A stretch of DNA of 64,000 bases from Macrostomum lignano (taxonomy: Eukaryota), in contig NIVC01000347.1 in the NCBI GenBank assembly GCA_002269645.1, positions 1 through 64,000 of the forward strand, in the 5' to 3' direction. Positions within the stretch are counted from its first letter, which is position 1, and each line of letters starts with the position of its first letter. A program made the position numbers and the translations under genes. Positions 35,124 through 51,700 of this stretch are shown here, in pieces. Below the pieces are notes generated by a model that worked only from the letters and a program-made list of their open reading frames with translations, did no database searches and was not told where the DNA came from.

Positions 35124-35776
35124 GCAGTTATTCATCCAGGATTCCAGTTACTAGATAAATAGCCATGTTGCACTTCTCATCTAGTTAATACTGAATGAAT
35201 AGGTATTTTGGTATTTGTCCAGGTAAATTTAAAAAAATCAGTTGTTATATTTATTTTACACTGGATATTTCTAGACTAGACTTTAAAGAAGAGTTACTTG
35301 AATCTTAATTATTATGTTGTAAAACTTCTAGTATACATATATCTTATACTGCAGTTAGTTTTTCACAAAAAAACTTTTGACAAGAATGAAAGAAAATTTT
35401 TAATTAATTAATGTAGGTCTAATTGCTACAAAGTGCATACATATGAAGTTTACTTAAACTAGGCCTAGTATATAGAGGTCAGACGGGATCCCAAGGAAAA
35501 TTGGATTCCCATGGGATCAGGATCCTAACCCTAAAAAACAAGAATTGGAAACATCTTTTAGTTTAAAATTTGAATAATTGATGATTGCTTCAATGCATTT
35601 TGTTTTAATTGTACTCCTTACATTATTATCAGTTATCAGTAGCAACTTTAATAGCTAATATTTTTCATCTAGGATATATTGTATATCTTTTCTTTTTACT
35701 TCTATATGAACATACAAATTTATAAACTATGGTATATTTTAAAGACCTGATCCCAATCCCATTTGACCTCTACTAA

Positions 35777-37682
35777 TCTCTACCTATAAAAATCAAAACT
35801 CTGTGTGTGTGTGTGTCTGTCTGTGTGTGGACAATTTTGATCGCTATGGACTCCTAAACTGCTCAACCAAATTACACCAAACTTTACACCCACCCTAAAC
35901 TTACTACAGAGAATGTCTTAGGCTACCTTTAAATTTCCTAGACTCAAGTCTTCCTACCTAAAAGTACAAAAAACTGCTCAAAATGTGCGATTATTTTACT
36001 TAATCCTCCATTGCGCCACTCCACTTCTACTGATTCTTTTCAAATTTAACACAGATAATCTTAAACTATTTTGGCACAATAATGTAAAATTTAAAGTATC
36101 AAAATTAATCCTGAAAGCCGCTGTGCACTTTTAAAGTTAGGCTGTTTTTTTCAATGTAGCAACCACCCCAACCTCCTCCCACCTGCCTCTCTTTCCCAAT
36201 ACCAATCTGGCCCAGATGTGTAAAAGGGTTTCAAAATTGACTAACTTTCAGCTGCCATAAGTTTGCTCCAAGTAAAGCAATTGACTTCAAACTTGATACA
36301 ATTCTTTATTGACTTATTCTTTGTCTAAATGTAAAGTTTCAACTCTCTAACTCAATCAGAACAGAAACTGTAAGCATGTGAAGTTTGTCTGCTTTTTCTG
36401 TTGTTTGTGCCACTCACTCACTCATTCCCCCAGAGCCAGACGATGGGTCAGGCAATAGAGCTCAATGTACATAGCAAATGTACAGTGTTTTGGAATAACT
36501 TTATTTATAACCTTCTCTGCACCCCGAGAGTGGAGAGGCTAGGTTTAGCCATAACAGTTTAGTGACAAATCTGTATTGGCAAACTCTGCAGCAGTTTAAC
36601 AGTAGATGGCAATTGGCAAATCGAGGGAATCCAGCATGGTTTGTAAAAGCGAGAGATTTATGAAAAGGCGATGCGATGCAGTGCAATACAACCCTACTAA
36701 ATTAGGCACACCATGGAAATTTTAGGGTTCTTTTAAAGGTACTGTGTAAATATTAAATGGCCTCCTAAGAAATGCGTATTTCCATGGTTGTTAGACTGAT
36801 GCAGACTGCAGTGGAGCTGGAGATATACAAATTCCTTTCAGGGCTACAAATTGGCAAGAAAGATGACGTGATCAAAGCATGAGAACAACCATGAGAGTAC
36901 TACATCCCACAAACTGGCTTTCCAAGCAGGTATGGGTAGACTTTTACCTCAAAGGCCAGATAAAGAATCTAGCTCATAGCTGAGGGGCAGATGAAAGTGG
37001 AAAGAAGAAGGAATAGACGATTCGAAGAGAGGAGAGGCGACAGAGGGGATAAAAGAAAAGATAAAAGATAATAGGAGAGATGAGGGGGTGAGGACGATGA
37101 GAGAGAGGGGAGAAGAGGGGAGAGAGGAAAAGCGAGAGGAGAGAGTAGAGATGAGAGAGCAGAGAGGAGACAGCAGAGAGGAGAGCAGAGAGGAAACAGG
37201 TGAAAGAAGAGATGAGAGAGTAAAGGGAAGAGAGAAGAGATAAAGATACATCTCTACATCTCTAAGGTTGTAAAGATGAGATAGGTGGAAGGAGAGATGA
37301 GAAATGAGAGATGAGAGATAACGGAGAGAGGAGAGTGGAGTGAGAGAAGAGAGGGAGACAGAGTATAGAAAAGGGAAGAGAAGAGAAAAGAAGAAGGGAG
37401 AAAGGAAAGTGAGGAGTCAAAAGAGGGGAAAGAAAAGAGTACAGAGGAGAGAGGTGAGAGAACATATAAAACAGAGATGCCAGATTAAAGAGGGGGATGA
37501 GAGAGCAGAGATGAGAGTGAACAGATAAAAGATGGGAGAGTAGAGAGAACAGAGGAGAGGTTACAGAGACAAGAGGAGAGAGGAGAGACAAAGGTAGAGA
37601 AGTGAGTGAGGAGAGAGGAGAGGAAAGAGGAGAATGGAGAGGGGAGAGAGTAGAAAGAGGAGGAGAGATAAGAGAGAAAGAC

Positions 37683-37761
<79 letters not shown>

Positions 37762-38593
37762 GGGAGTAGAGAGAAATGAGAAGAGATAAGAGAGAAAAGA
37801 TAAAAGAAGAGAAAGGAAAGATGAGAGAGCAAAGACGAGAGAGAAAAGAGGTGAGGGAATAGACGAGAGAAGAGAGGAGAGATGAGAGAGTAGAGGAGAG
37901 AGTTAAGAGAAAAGAGAAATGAATAGAAAGGAGAATGGAGATCAGAGAGAAGAGGGGGTGAGAGGAGAGATGAGAGAGTAGAGGAGAGAGTTAAGAGAAA
38001 AGAGAAATGAATAGAAAGGAGAATGAAGATCAGAGAGAAGAGGGGGTGAGAGGAGAGAGGAGAGAGGAGAGGAAAAAGAAAACGAAAAAGTAGAGAGGAG
38101 AGGGGAGAGGAGAGAGAAAAGAAGAGACAAGAGATGAGATAAGAGAGATGAAAGAGAAGAGAGATGAGGGAAGATACAAGAGAAGAGGGGAGAGAGGAAA
38201 GACGAGGGACAAGAGAGATGAGAGGAAACAAAGAGATGATAGAAATTTTAAAGGATCCAAGGGATGTAGGGAGAGTCAGGGAGAGACCAGAGTTTAGCAA
38301 TATATGTTTTAGAGTCAGACAGACATTGCCTGACATTCTGCGTAGTACCTCAGCCAACAATGTCTCAAACCCTAATTTTACACAAATGTGCTCCATTTTA
38401 TTTCCACCTCTTTCTTTACAAGTTTGAACAAGTTTAACAAACAATATTTAACAAGATCCAACAATATTTAACAAGTTTTAACAAGATTAACAAGTTTTTG
38501 TTTGTGTATGGCCTTAGATTTCAGAATACATGCAAAAGTAGTTCTGGGTATTAGAATTCCACGGGTTCAAAATCCGCGGGTTTCAACAGCTTG
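35777..38593 (+). mobile_element. Non-autonomous Helitron-like composite element, copy 1
   Basis: A|TC 5' end followed by TATAAAAATCAAAACTCTG(TG)n(TCTG)n, a Lep1-like layout. 3' GC-rich CCACGGG...CCGCGGG then CAGCTTG|T. Homologous end to end with 41424-44128. Confidence 0.7.
37688..37758 (+). repeat. (GA)n microsatellite, ~35 units
   Basis: Direct reading. Confidence 0.98.
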
Positions 38594-39302
38594 TTCTCAC
38601 ATAAGGATAAGCACAAAGAAACAGACTCAATGTCAACATTCAGCTTATCAAAATACAATTATGTTGCACATATGGTTGTTGCCTAGCACTTGAGCTTGAT
38701 GAGGCACCCAAATAACCAATAGGTACAACTTCCTCAATGCTAGCATTGAACAAATCTGATTCTGATGTTGTGGCAAGGATGGACTTGGCAGATGATAAAA
38801 CTGCTTGTCAGCACTGCTTGTTACAAGTAGACATTGCAGTTGATAAGGCTGATTGGCTGAACTTGTAATTAGAAGCAAATTCATTTAATAATTGAGTGAA
38901 ATGATGACTTGCTTAAAAAACTATAGAACAAGAAAAAAATTATCTAACTTGAATTTGAAGTACATTATACCTAAAATAAACAGACAACTAATAGCTAAAA
39001 TTTGAATTAATTTGAAAGCTTATATATAAGGGTTCTTACATATTCTATTGGCTTGTGAATTATTACTCAGATATGCTCCTATCTATATTTACAAAAATGT
39101 TAAATTGTTGTTTAAAAAGAAAAAAGAAAAACAGTATTTAAGAGTTTTTTGACTTACAGTGTGCTGATATACACAAAGCAAGTCTATTTAAGGAACCAAA
39201 CAAAACTGCACTACATGACATAAAAACAGCAAACTCAGTATGAAATTAAAAAAAACAGTAATACAAGTAGCAATACAATAGTACTATTTTAATTTCTTTA
39301 TA

Positions 39303-39305
<3 letters not shown>

Positions 39306-39334
<29 letters not shown>

Positions 39335-39562
39335 GTTACGCCCCATGCTAGCCACAGGAGTAGCCAAAAGGGGGGAGTGTCAAATCACGCATTTCAGAGC
39401 TAGGTCTCTAATGTGCTTCACACCGGCTGCCTGGCTAGGTGCTTGCGCATCTTCAAAAAGGTGGTCAATGTAGCGGGCTGATTGTCCCTGGCCTTGCCTG
39501 CGCGGTCCCTGTGGTGTCCACAGCAAGACATCCTGCAGCGGTCTTAACAGAGGACTTAACAA
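39306..39562 (-). mobile_element. 5'-truncated RTE/RTEX-like LINE 3' end
   Basis: DVLLWTPQGPRRQGQGQSARYIDHLFED matches the RTE-type C-terminal LLW.P..G.R..GRP..TYID pattern. It is followed by an (ATT)n tail. Confidence 0.75.
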
Positions 39563-40211
39563 TTCTATTTTATATTAGTCACATGATGCATAATGCATAA
39601 CTATATATTATATACATATACAAGCTAAGTATAATATTCTTTATTAGGATATTTATACTATAATATAACCTATCAGCTACAAATAAAAAAGGATAAAAGA
39701 ATAATGCCTATATTTAAACAAAAAAGCATTCAGTAAAATTGTTTAGTGAATATAATGATATAAAGCAAAAGCAAAAATTAAGTGCAAAAATCAACATTTA
39801 AATGAAAACACCAGCTGTCACTTAAAATGGCGCATACTTCTAAGCTCAAACCTTAATCTGATTCCTCAAAAGCATTGGCCGCAACACTAGCTAGCCCTTT
39901 TGTCCTTTTGCCATTTTGTAGTTGCTATATTCATTTGTCATTCAGTACCCTTAGAATGTAGTTGGCTTGCAGCAGGCATTTGCTTTAGTGCATCACCAAG
40001 AGTGTCATTTACAACTTTAAAGTACTTTGGTTTGTCAAATGTCCTGCCTTTGGCCTCAGCAAGTGCACCAAGGATAATATTTTTAGCCTATTTAGATAGT
40101 GCGCTTTTTGCCATGCTGTCCAAGTTTGTTATAGTTAGACCAAACACTAGAAGTGGCAATGCTTGTCAGGACTATGCTATTATTAAGAAGGTGAGCACTA
40201 TCATTTTTTAT

Positions 40212-40247
40212 GCAACATGTTTCGCCTCGCGTCAGGCATCTTCAGGC
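40212..40247 (-). ncRNA. Minimal type I hammerhead ribozyme motif (inverted copy)
   Basis: Minus strand GC-CTGAAGA-T-GCCT(GACGCG)AGGC-GAAAC-AT-GTT|GC, with a GUU triplet. Confidence 0.65.
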
Positions 40248-40390
40248 TCTTAAAATAGTCTTATCAGAATAAATCTTATCGGACTGTACAATATACTGTT
40301 AATTTATATACATTTCTGATTTTTATCGACCCATTCTTACTCTTAATTGTTAAATATAAATGAACAAATAAATCGTTACTAATTTTAAGA

Positions 40391-40426
40391 GCCTGAAGAT
40401 GCCTGACGCGAGGTGAAACATGTCGC
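40391..40426 (+). ncRNA. Minimal type I hammerhead ribozyme motif (PLE type)
   Basis: GC-CTGAAGA-T-GCCT(GACGCG)AGGT-GAAAC-AT-GTC|GC: core CUGANGA and GAAA, stem II, palindromic ACAUGU stem III, GUC cleavage triplet. Confidence 0.7.
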
Positions 40427-41423
40427 ATAAAAAATGATAGCGCTCACCTTCTTAATTCTACTTTTTCTCAGACGCACAACTTTACCACTATGCTATTATT
40501 CAATTATCTTTAGAAACTCTTGAATAAAAGGCCAGATGGTTTACTAGCCTTTTTGAAGGAATGGTTGAGTCTACTAGCAAGGCATGGAGATCTTTATCAG
40601 ATGTCACAGGCAGTTTTAGTACTGTCTCATAGTCTTGTTCTGGTAGCTCAGGATTGATACTTGCTTAGAAAGTAGCTCTAGAATTCTCTGTTGATTAGAC
40701 TCAATTCTAGACAATAAAATGAACAACTCTGACAATTGATGCTCAGTTAGTAAGAGTCCTTTTTAGTTTTTAGCAATACTAGGAGTAAATTGGGTAGTTA
40801 ATGTAGCTTGCTGACTATTAGCACTCTAAGTTGCATTGCTTATAGGACTAGAAAACTGTTCATAGACCTACCCATTTGTTGTAGATTTAGCTAGTGTGTA
40901 TGGTTCTTCATTAGATTCTTCATGATCTGTTAGAATAGTGATTGGACTAGACAATCTTGGTGGTAGACGAAATACTTCCTTTCTTTGCTAATTTTTACTT
41001 AGATTGCTTAGTCTTAGTCTTTGCCAAAGTGCTATTTTCAATTTCATCATCAATACCAAATCTATGGTTTTTGATTCTTTGGTGAGGGGCACTTTTATCA
41101 TAAGTTGTTAATGAGCTTCTAGCTTCAAACTTAGATGCCTTAGCTCTAAGAAGTTGAAGACAATTATTTTTTTTAGCTAAAAAAGTTACAATAAATGATT
41201 GCCAATATGACTTTGAAGGCAGTTTATTTGCAAGAAAGCTTTGGATATGATGGTAGTCTTTTTTTTTGGGGGGGGGGGAAGCAACCATAATTACAGAATC
41301 AACAGATGGTCTTTCATTACTAGAGTCGTGCGTCTCTATCCAAGATTTGCGAATTGTATCTACTTCTCTAGAAAAGAATTGGACTAGTAGATAAGCCAGA
41401 AAAATTATATATTTTTAATTTTA

Positions 41424-44128
<2,705 letters not shown>

Positions 44129-44639
44129 TTAGTTATATAGAATTGATTGATTTTAAATATGCCTAGTTAGACCCCTAGCTAGGCCTATTTTGCTAACAAA
44201 ATAAAACATAAAACTGTAGCATAGGCCTACTTAAATTAAAAAAAGATATTCTATATGATTTATAGGCCTACTTAGGCTTAGGCCTATGCCTACTGTATTG
44301 TGTATAAAATGAAAAATAATAATATAGACATATAATATAGACCCAGGCCAGGGCCAGGCTTTGAAAATAAGAAAATTAATTTATATATACATTAAACAAA
44401 TACACCTGGTCTAATTGAGGATTTTGTGCTTAGAAATAATGATAGGCAGAAAAAGGGACACACAGCATAATAGGCCTTACAATTATATTCAAACAATTTT
44501 GCAAGGGAAACATATTTCCCTGGCCAATTCTGAGCACAGGCCCCAGCATGAGCGGACTGTTCCGGGGTGCAGAGGGGGCAGTGCAGGCGCAGCCAGTAGC
44601 AGCGCAGCAGCTGTTGTCATCAGGCCAAACCTATTGACA

Positions 44640-44712
44640 TCCAAGCTGCAGTGCAAGATTGGAGATGCAGACGTCACGGCACTGATTGACTCTGACAGCC
44701 AGTTCAGCTAGA
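44640..44712 (+). mobile_element. Retropepsin (LTR-retrotransposon protease) remnant
   Basis: LQCKIGDADVTALIDSDSQFS* resembles the V.ALIDSGS active-site motif. Isolated fragment. Confidence 0.5.
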
Positions 44713-45758
44713 GAGCATGCACCTGGAGCTGCCGGCAGTCAACCTTGACCTGGTGTTAAGGTTGACTTCCTGTATTATAAGCCTTTAGTGTATGCCTCTA
44801 GTATAGAAAAAGTCTAAGTGACTTTGATAGTTTAGACATTAGTCTATGAATGTAAATCAGGTGCCATAAAATTTGATAGTCCTTATAACACCATTCCAAA
44901 AATAAATATGGTTATAAAGAGAACAATTAGAATATATCAAGGTATTTTCTTGACTAGTAATATACTTAATACTTATAGCATTCTTATTATGCTTATTAAT
45001 TATTTTATATAAGTGGTTTTTACCTTTATTTTATTAGCCTCAAGTTTTCATGTATATTTCTTAAAAAAATATTTTACTTGTTCAAGTAATAAAGTTAAAA
45101 ATTATCTTTGTCCTTAGGTATTAGCAACCAAGATAAGAGAATTTTAGTTGTTATAAAAAATTATATTTAATAATATTGATAAAAAGAGTATGATTTTTTG
45201 GATGTATTTTGTTTCACTTTAATTTGCTTTTCAATATGCTATTTATCAGTGGTATACAGTATTTTTTTCCACTTATAATTGAAACAATAACAGCCTTGAA
45301 TGTAATCGCAATCTTTTTTAAAATATTTAATTATCTTTATTATATAAGTTATGTTACAAACAATGGAAAGTAAGCTTCAAAAAAATATATTTAAGAAAAG
45401 AGGATTCTATTAAACTATTTAAAACATTGCCATTTATCATTATAATAGTATTTTCACTTTAATTGCAACAGTTTAATTGCATTATATTGTTGTTAGTATT
45501 AGTACTATAAGTCAAAAAGGCAGTTATTTTGTAGGAAAGAAATGATTTGCATTTGCCTGGCTAACAGTAGTCTAAGGTATGCTAAGCAAGGTCTACTATC
45601 GTGGACCTTAATGCTAAGCTTATTTAAATACCATAAGAAAATTTTTGCTCCTATTATTTTTAGAATTTTGATGCTAATTTAGATATAACCAAACTGAAAA
45701 TGCATGGCTATATAATTGCTCATATTTTATTTATATATTTGCATGTGCCCGGGCCAGA

Positions 45759-48700
45759 ATGAGTGACAAAAATTTGCATGAGCCACTGCTGAAAGACTCG
45801 CAAGATCTGCAACAGCATCCCAGCGCTATAACATCAAATGATTATGATGATGTCTTGATAGGCTACTATAAATTTAGCAGCACTGCTCACGCTGCCCTGG
45901 AACGTTTCTCTAATTGCTTCAAACAGCTGTGCATTGATGATATTGCTAAACTGGATTTTGTTCTTGAGAAGCAGCTGTTGGATCAGTCTGCTTTTGCTAG
46001 CATTGACGAGTTTCTCTTCCGGATTTTTGAAAGTAGTCAGGTAGGTATATATTGTAGTATTTGCTGAAAGAATGAAATTAGGAGTGAATGAGGCAGTCAG
46101 CTTATCAGGATGGGATGAATGGGGCAGTCAGTCCCTCAGGATGGGGTGAATGGGGCAGTCAGTCCCTCAGGATGGGGTGAATGGGGCAGCCAGTCCCTCA
46201 GGATGGGGTGAATGGGGCAGCCAGTCCCTCAGGATGGGGTGAATGGGGCAGCCAGTCCCTCAGGATGGGGTGAATGGGGCAGCCAGTCCCTCAGGATGGG
46301 GTGAATGGGGCAGCCAGTCCCTCAGGATGGGGTGAATAGTGTGGAGTCTAGCTCCAAATGAATAAGAATAAGATTGTGCACGAGTGTGTGTGAGCCTCGT
46401 AGGCCAGCTCGATCTTGGTTCGTAGCTTCCTACAGAGGCGCCAGGCCTCGGGCTTCTTTATTTATCTCTCTCTGCTTCCCAGCTTGGGGGAAGACAACCT
46501 CGTCCAGTGGCCTGGCCTCGTCCAGTGGAAACTGCAGGTAGCATTCCGACAGGTCCAGCTTGGAGAAGATCTTGCCGCCGCCAACCGCGTCGTAGAGCTC
46601 CTCTGGCGTCGGCATAGGGTAGTGGTCGATCTTCAGCTGCGGGTTCAGCGTGACCTTGTAGTCACCGCACAGTCTGATGGTCCCGTTTGGCTTGCTTACG
46701 GGCACGACCGGAGTCGCCCAGTCGCTATGCCGAACGGGCTCTATCACCCCTACTTCCTGCATCCGCTGCAACTCCGCGTCGATCTTGGACTTCAGGGCGT
46801 ACGGCACGGGTCGGGCCTTGCAGAACTTGGGCAGCGCGTCCTCTTGCAGCCGCAGCTTCACATTGTGCTGGGTGAAGTTGCCCAGGCCCGGCTCGAACAC
46901 GTCCGCAAACTTCTGCAGCAGGCCGTCCAACTCTGGTGGCGCTGTTGGCGTAGCTGAGATCTCCGGTGGAACTGGATCGCTGATGGCGAAGATCTCCTTC
47001 CAGTTCAGCCGAATGTTCCTTAGCCAGTCCCGGCCCATTAACGGGCTTGCCTTCTCTAGGCTGGTGACTATCAGGGGCAGCTCGCAAGTCTGCGTGCCGT
47101 ACTGCACTTCCACATTCGCAGACCCCAGCACTGGGATGCTCTCGCCTGTCCAGGTGCGCAGTTGAACCTCGGCGTTCTGTAGTCGCGGCCGACCCAGCTG
47201 CTTCCAGTGGTGCTTAGATACGAGGCTGGCGCAAGCTCCGGTGTCCACCTGCATCCTCAGCGGTCGCCCGTTGATGTGTAGCTGAGCACTCAGGTGCCTT
47301 TCCTTACCGCTGCAGACCTGGGAGATCCACGTCACCTCTGCCGAGTCGTCGCTTTCCCCGCCGCGGTGCTCCTCGCTCTCGTCTGGGTGAACGGCCCTGA
47401 TGGACTTTCTGTTCTTGTGGCCACTGAATTTCAAGCCGCTTTGCTGACTGCTAGGAGCCCCTCCGGCGCAGGTCTTTTGGCTCGATAGACAGACGGCCTT
47501 CAAGTGGCCCAGCTTGCCACAGGCGTGACACTTGGTGTTCCGGTGCTGGCACTCCGCCGACAGGTGCTGCCTGGAGCCACAGCGCATGCACGGCCGTCGT
47601 GGTGACGCGGCTTTACCGACCAAATTGACCTCCGGCTTGGCGCGCCAGCTGTTGGCCTCCGCTTCCGCGATTTCTGCTGCTTGAGCGATTTCCTTTGCCT
47701 TCTCGAGCGTCAAGGTGCTGACAGTCAACAACCGCTTTTGCACTTGCGGCTCCTGGAGTCCACAGACGAAGCAGTCCCGCAACGTGTCTTCCAGAAAAGT
47801 TCCGAAGTCGCAGGTCTCCGCCAGACTGCGGAGGGTGGCCAAAAACTGTGCAGCCGACTCTCCGTCCTTCTGAACTCGCTTGTAGAAGCGAAACCGCTCA
47901 GCAATGACCGGCTTCTTTGGCTGGAAGTGGTCCTTGAGTAGCTTTACCAGCTCTTCGTAGGACAGATCAGAAGGCTTCCCTGGCGAGCACAGATTTCATA
48001 GGGTTGCATAGCATTGGCGGCCGATCAATGTTAGAAAAACCGCCTTCTTTTGGCTTTCGTCCTTAATTCTGTTTGCGCTCATATAGAGGGCTACACGTTC
48101 CTCGTAGGCGCACCAGTCTTTTCCCTCCTCGAAGGGCTCGACTGTGCCGATAGCGGACATCCTCGTCGCCACTGTGGAGTCTAGCTCCAAATGAATAAGA
48201 ATAAGATTGTGCACGAGTGTGTGTGAGCCTCGTAGGCCAGCTCGATCTTGGTTCGTAGCTTCTTACAGAGGCGCCAGGCCTCGGGCTTCTTTATTTATCT
48301 CTCTCTGCTTCCCAGCTTGGGGGAAGACAACCGGCAGGCCTGTTATTGGGGGTGCGGGGTGCAGACAGACAGACTTGTGCATAGGACTTGTGCGTGCATT
48401 GGCCGTACAGTGATGACTGTAACGGCTAGACAAAGACCGGTGCCTGGTGGGACTGAGGAGTGCGAGTACGAGCTAACCGATAGACAGACACTACAAATAG
48501 GGCAGCCAGTCCCTCAGGATGGGGTGAATGGGGCAGCCAGTCCCTCAGGATGGGGTGAATGGGGCAGCCAGTCCCTCAGGATGGGGTGAATGGGGCAGCC
48601 AGTCCCTCAGGATGGGGTGAATGGGGCAGCCAGTCCCTCAGGATGGGGTGAATGGGGCAGCCAGTCCCTCATGAATATCTGTTGCTGAAAGCAGGGCTGC

Positions 48701-51700
48701 TGAACCCTCCTCTCCAACAGGTGACCGTGAGCAGGCTCATGACCACAATGGCTGAGGATGATCGCTACCGTGAGTTGCGACAGAGCATCACAGACTTGTT
48801 CCGGGTGACTCGCAGCGACAGCCTTCGGCGCTACCTGCAGCCGGGGAGCTTCGTAACAGCCCAGACGCTGACGAGAGACCTGCACTGCAGCCTGCTGCTG
48901 TCCAACTTTGACCTGTTCAACTCGGACACGTTCCAGCCTCGCCGACATCTGGTTGAGGGCTACATCGAAAAAATGGGGGATGCTGACCGGGGCAACGTCA
49001 TCAGGGGTTACTCTGGTCTGCTGCAGCTCGCGGGGCTGACCCAGCTGGACCAGTATAGGACTACAGTGAGTCTGCAACCCTCCCAGATCGGCAGCTATCC
49101 ACAAATGCACAGTGACACACCAGACACAAAAAAGCATAGAGTGACACACCAGACACAAAAAGCATAGAGTGACACACCAGACACAAAAAGCATAGAGTGA
49201 CACACCAGATAAAAATAAGCATAGAGTGACACACCAGACACAAATAGCATAGAGTGACACAACAGACACAAATAAGCATAGAGTGACACACCAGACACAA
49301 AAAAGCATAGAGTGACACACCAGATACAAAAAGCATAGAGTGACACACCAGACACAAAAAGCATAGAGTGACACACCAGACACAAATAAGCATAGAGTGA
49401 CACACCAGACACAAAAAGCATATAGTGACACACCAGACACAAAAAGCATAGAGTGACACACCAGAGAGTGACACACCAGACACAAAAAGCATAGAGTGAC
49501 ACACCAGATACAAATAAGCATAGAGTGACACACCAGAAACAAATAGGCATAGAGTGACACACCAGACACAAAAAAGCACAAAGTGACACACCAGACACAA
49601 ATGCAATGAGACACACCAGACACATGCATAGAGACACACCAGACACAAATGCATAGAGACACTAGACACATGCATAGAGTGACACACCAGACACATTGCA
49701 TAGAGACACACCAGACACATGCATAGAGACACACCAGACACATGCATAGAGACACATCAGACACATGCATAGACACACCAGACACATGCATAGACACACC
49801 AGACACAAATGCATAGAGACACACCAGACACAAATCCAATGAGACACACCAGGCACAAATGCATAGAGACACACCAGACACATGCATAGAGACGCACCAG
49901 ACACATGCATAGACACACCAGACACATGCATAGACACACCAGACACAAATCCAATGAGACACACCAGGCACAAATGCATAGAGACACACCAGACACATGC
50001 ATAGAGACGCACCAGACACATGCATAGACACACCAGACACAAATGCATAGAGACACACCAGACACATGCATAGAGACACACCAGACACATGCATAGAGAC
50101 ACACCAGACACATGCATAGAGACACACCAGACACATGCATAGACACACCAGACACAAATGCATAGAGACACACCAGACACAAATGCATAGAGACACACCA
50201 GACACAAATGCATAGAGACACACCAGACACATGCATAGACACACCAGAAACAAATGCATAGAGACACACCAGACACAAATGCAATGAGACACACCAGACA
50301 CAAATGCAATGAGACACACCAGACACAAATGCATAGAGACACATCAGACACATGCATAGAGACACACCAGACACATGCATAGAGACACACCAGACACATG
50401 CATAGAGACACACCAGACACATGCATAGAGACACACCAGACACAAATGCATAGAGACACACCAGACACATGCATAGACACACCAGACACAAATGCATAGA
50501 GACACCAGACACATGCATAGAGACACACCAGACACATGCATAGAGACACACCAGACACAAATGCATAGAGACACACCAGACACATGCATAGACACACCAG
50601 ACACAAATTCACTCTGTCCCCCACCTCTGCTCCACCCGCAGTCGGAGATTCTCCGCACCGCCCTGGATCGAGTCAGGGACCGCAGAATTGAGGAGGTCCT
50701 GCGCTCGATTCTGGAGCCTCGCGACGGCTTCCAGCTGCTTCGCCTTGGCCAGCTCATCGCATTCTGCTTGGGCCAGCCGGCCCTGACAGTGGAGCCCAGC
50801 CCGCCCGGCTTCATCCGCAGCTTCCTCCGCGGCCTCATCCAGCAGTGCAACCCGGCCAATAATGCCCGAATGACTGGCGTCGGTCCCAGCTCTGTTGCTA
50901 TGCAATTCGTGCTCAGACTGCGCTCCTCTGTGCTGGTTGTTGACGAATACCCGGGCGGTCAGCCGAGCACCAACTTGAGCCGCCTCATCTGCATGTTTCA
51001 GCAGGACCGCGCCGAGGCCGTCAACCTGGCCGATTACCAGGTGTACGTGGCACCCTACTGCGCTGACGAGTGCACCAGGGCTCAGCATTTTGGCAGCGAC
51101 GAGAATCTAATGACACTGTTTGCCAATGAGCAGCTCAATAATGTGAGCTGATCTGACATTTATTGACACCTGACAGTCATTTGACGCATCTGACACCCAC
51201 CTGACACCTACCTAAACTCACCTGACACTTACCTAAACTCACCTGACACCTACCTAAACTCACCTGACACCTACCTAAACTCACCTGACACCTACCTAAA
51301 CTCACCTGACGCCTACCTAAACTCACCTGACACCTACCTAAACTCACCTGACACCTACCTAAACTCACCTGACACCTACCTAAACTCACCTGACACCTAC
51401 CTAAACTCACCTGACACCTACCTAAACTCACCTGACACCTACCTAAACTCACCTGACACCTACCTAAACTCACCTGACACCTACCTAAACTCACCTGACA
51501 CCTACCTAAACTCACCTGACGCCTACCTAAACTCACCTGACTCCTACCTAAACTCACCTGAAACCTACTGAAACTCACCTGACTCCTACCTAAACTCACC
51601 TGAAACCTACTAAAACTCACCTGACTCCTACCTAAACTCACCTGAAACCTACTGAAACTCACCTGACACCTACCTGAACTCACCTGACACCTACATAACC

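Larger units (their letters stand above)
40185..40486. mobile_element. Penelope-derived insertion made of two inverted pseudo-LTR ends, with 14-bp TSD
   Basis: Inverted arms at 40185-40259 and 40378-40455. Direct repeat ACTATGCTATTATT at 40171-40184 and 40487-40500. Confidence 0.75.
39880..40660 (-). pseudogene. Decayed DUF4806/BEN-like domain coding remnant
   Basis: Across stops, frameshifts and the 40185-40486 insertion it reads LPVTSDKDLHALL...LVNHL...SKDN...VLTSIATSSVWSNYNKLGQHGKK...NIILGAL, resembling the DUF4806 pattern. Confidence 0.4.
46107..48670 (+). repeat. 31-bp minisatellite GGATGGGGTGAATGGGGCAGCCAGTCCCTCA split by an LTR element
   Basis: ~7.5 units at 46107-46339 and ~5.5 units at 48496-48670. 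Confidence 0.95.

Noticed and set aside
48607-50624. Long Cys/Val-rich ORFs (575, 320, 269, 228 aa; CVWCVS/CLVCL repeats) resembling metallothionein- or keratin-associated proteins
   Set aside because: They are antisense translations of the intron-2 minisatellite, which lacks stops in several frames at once.
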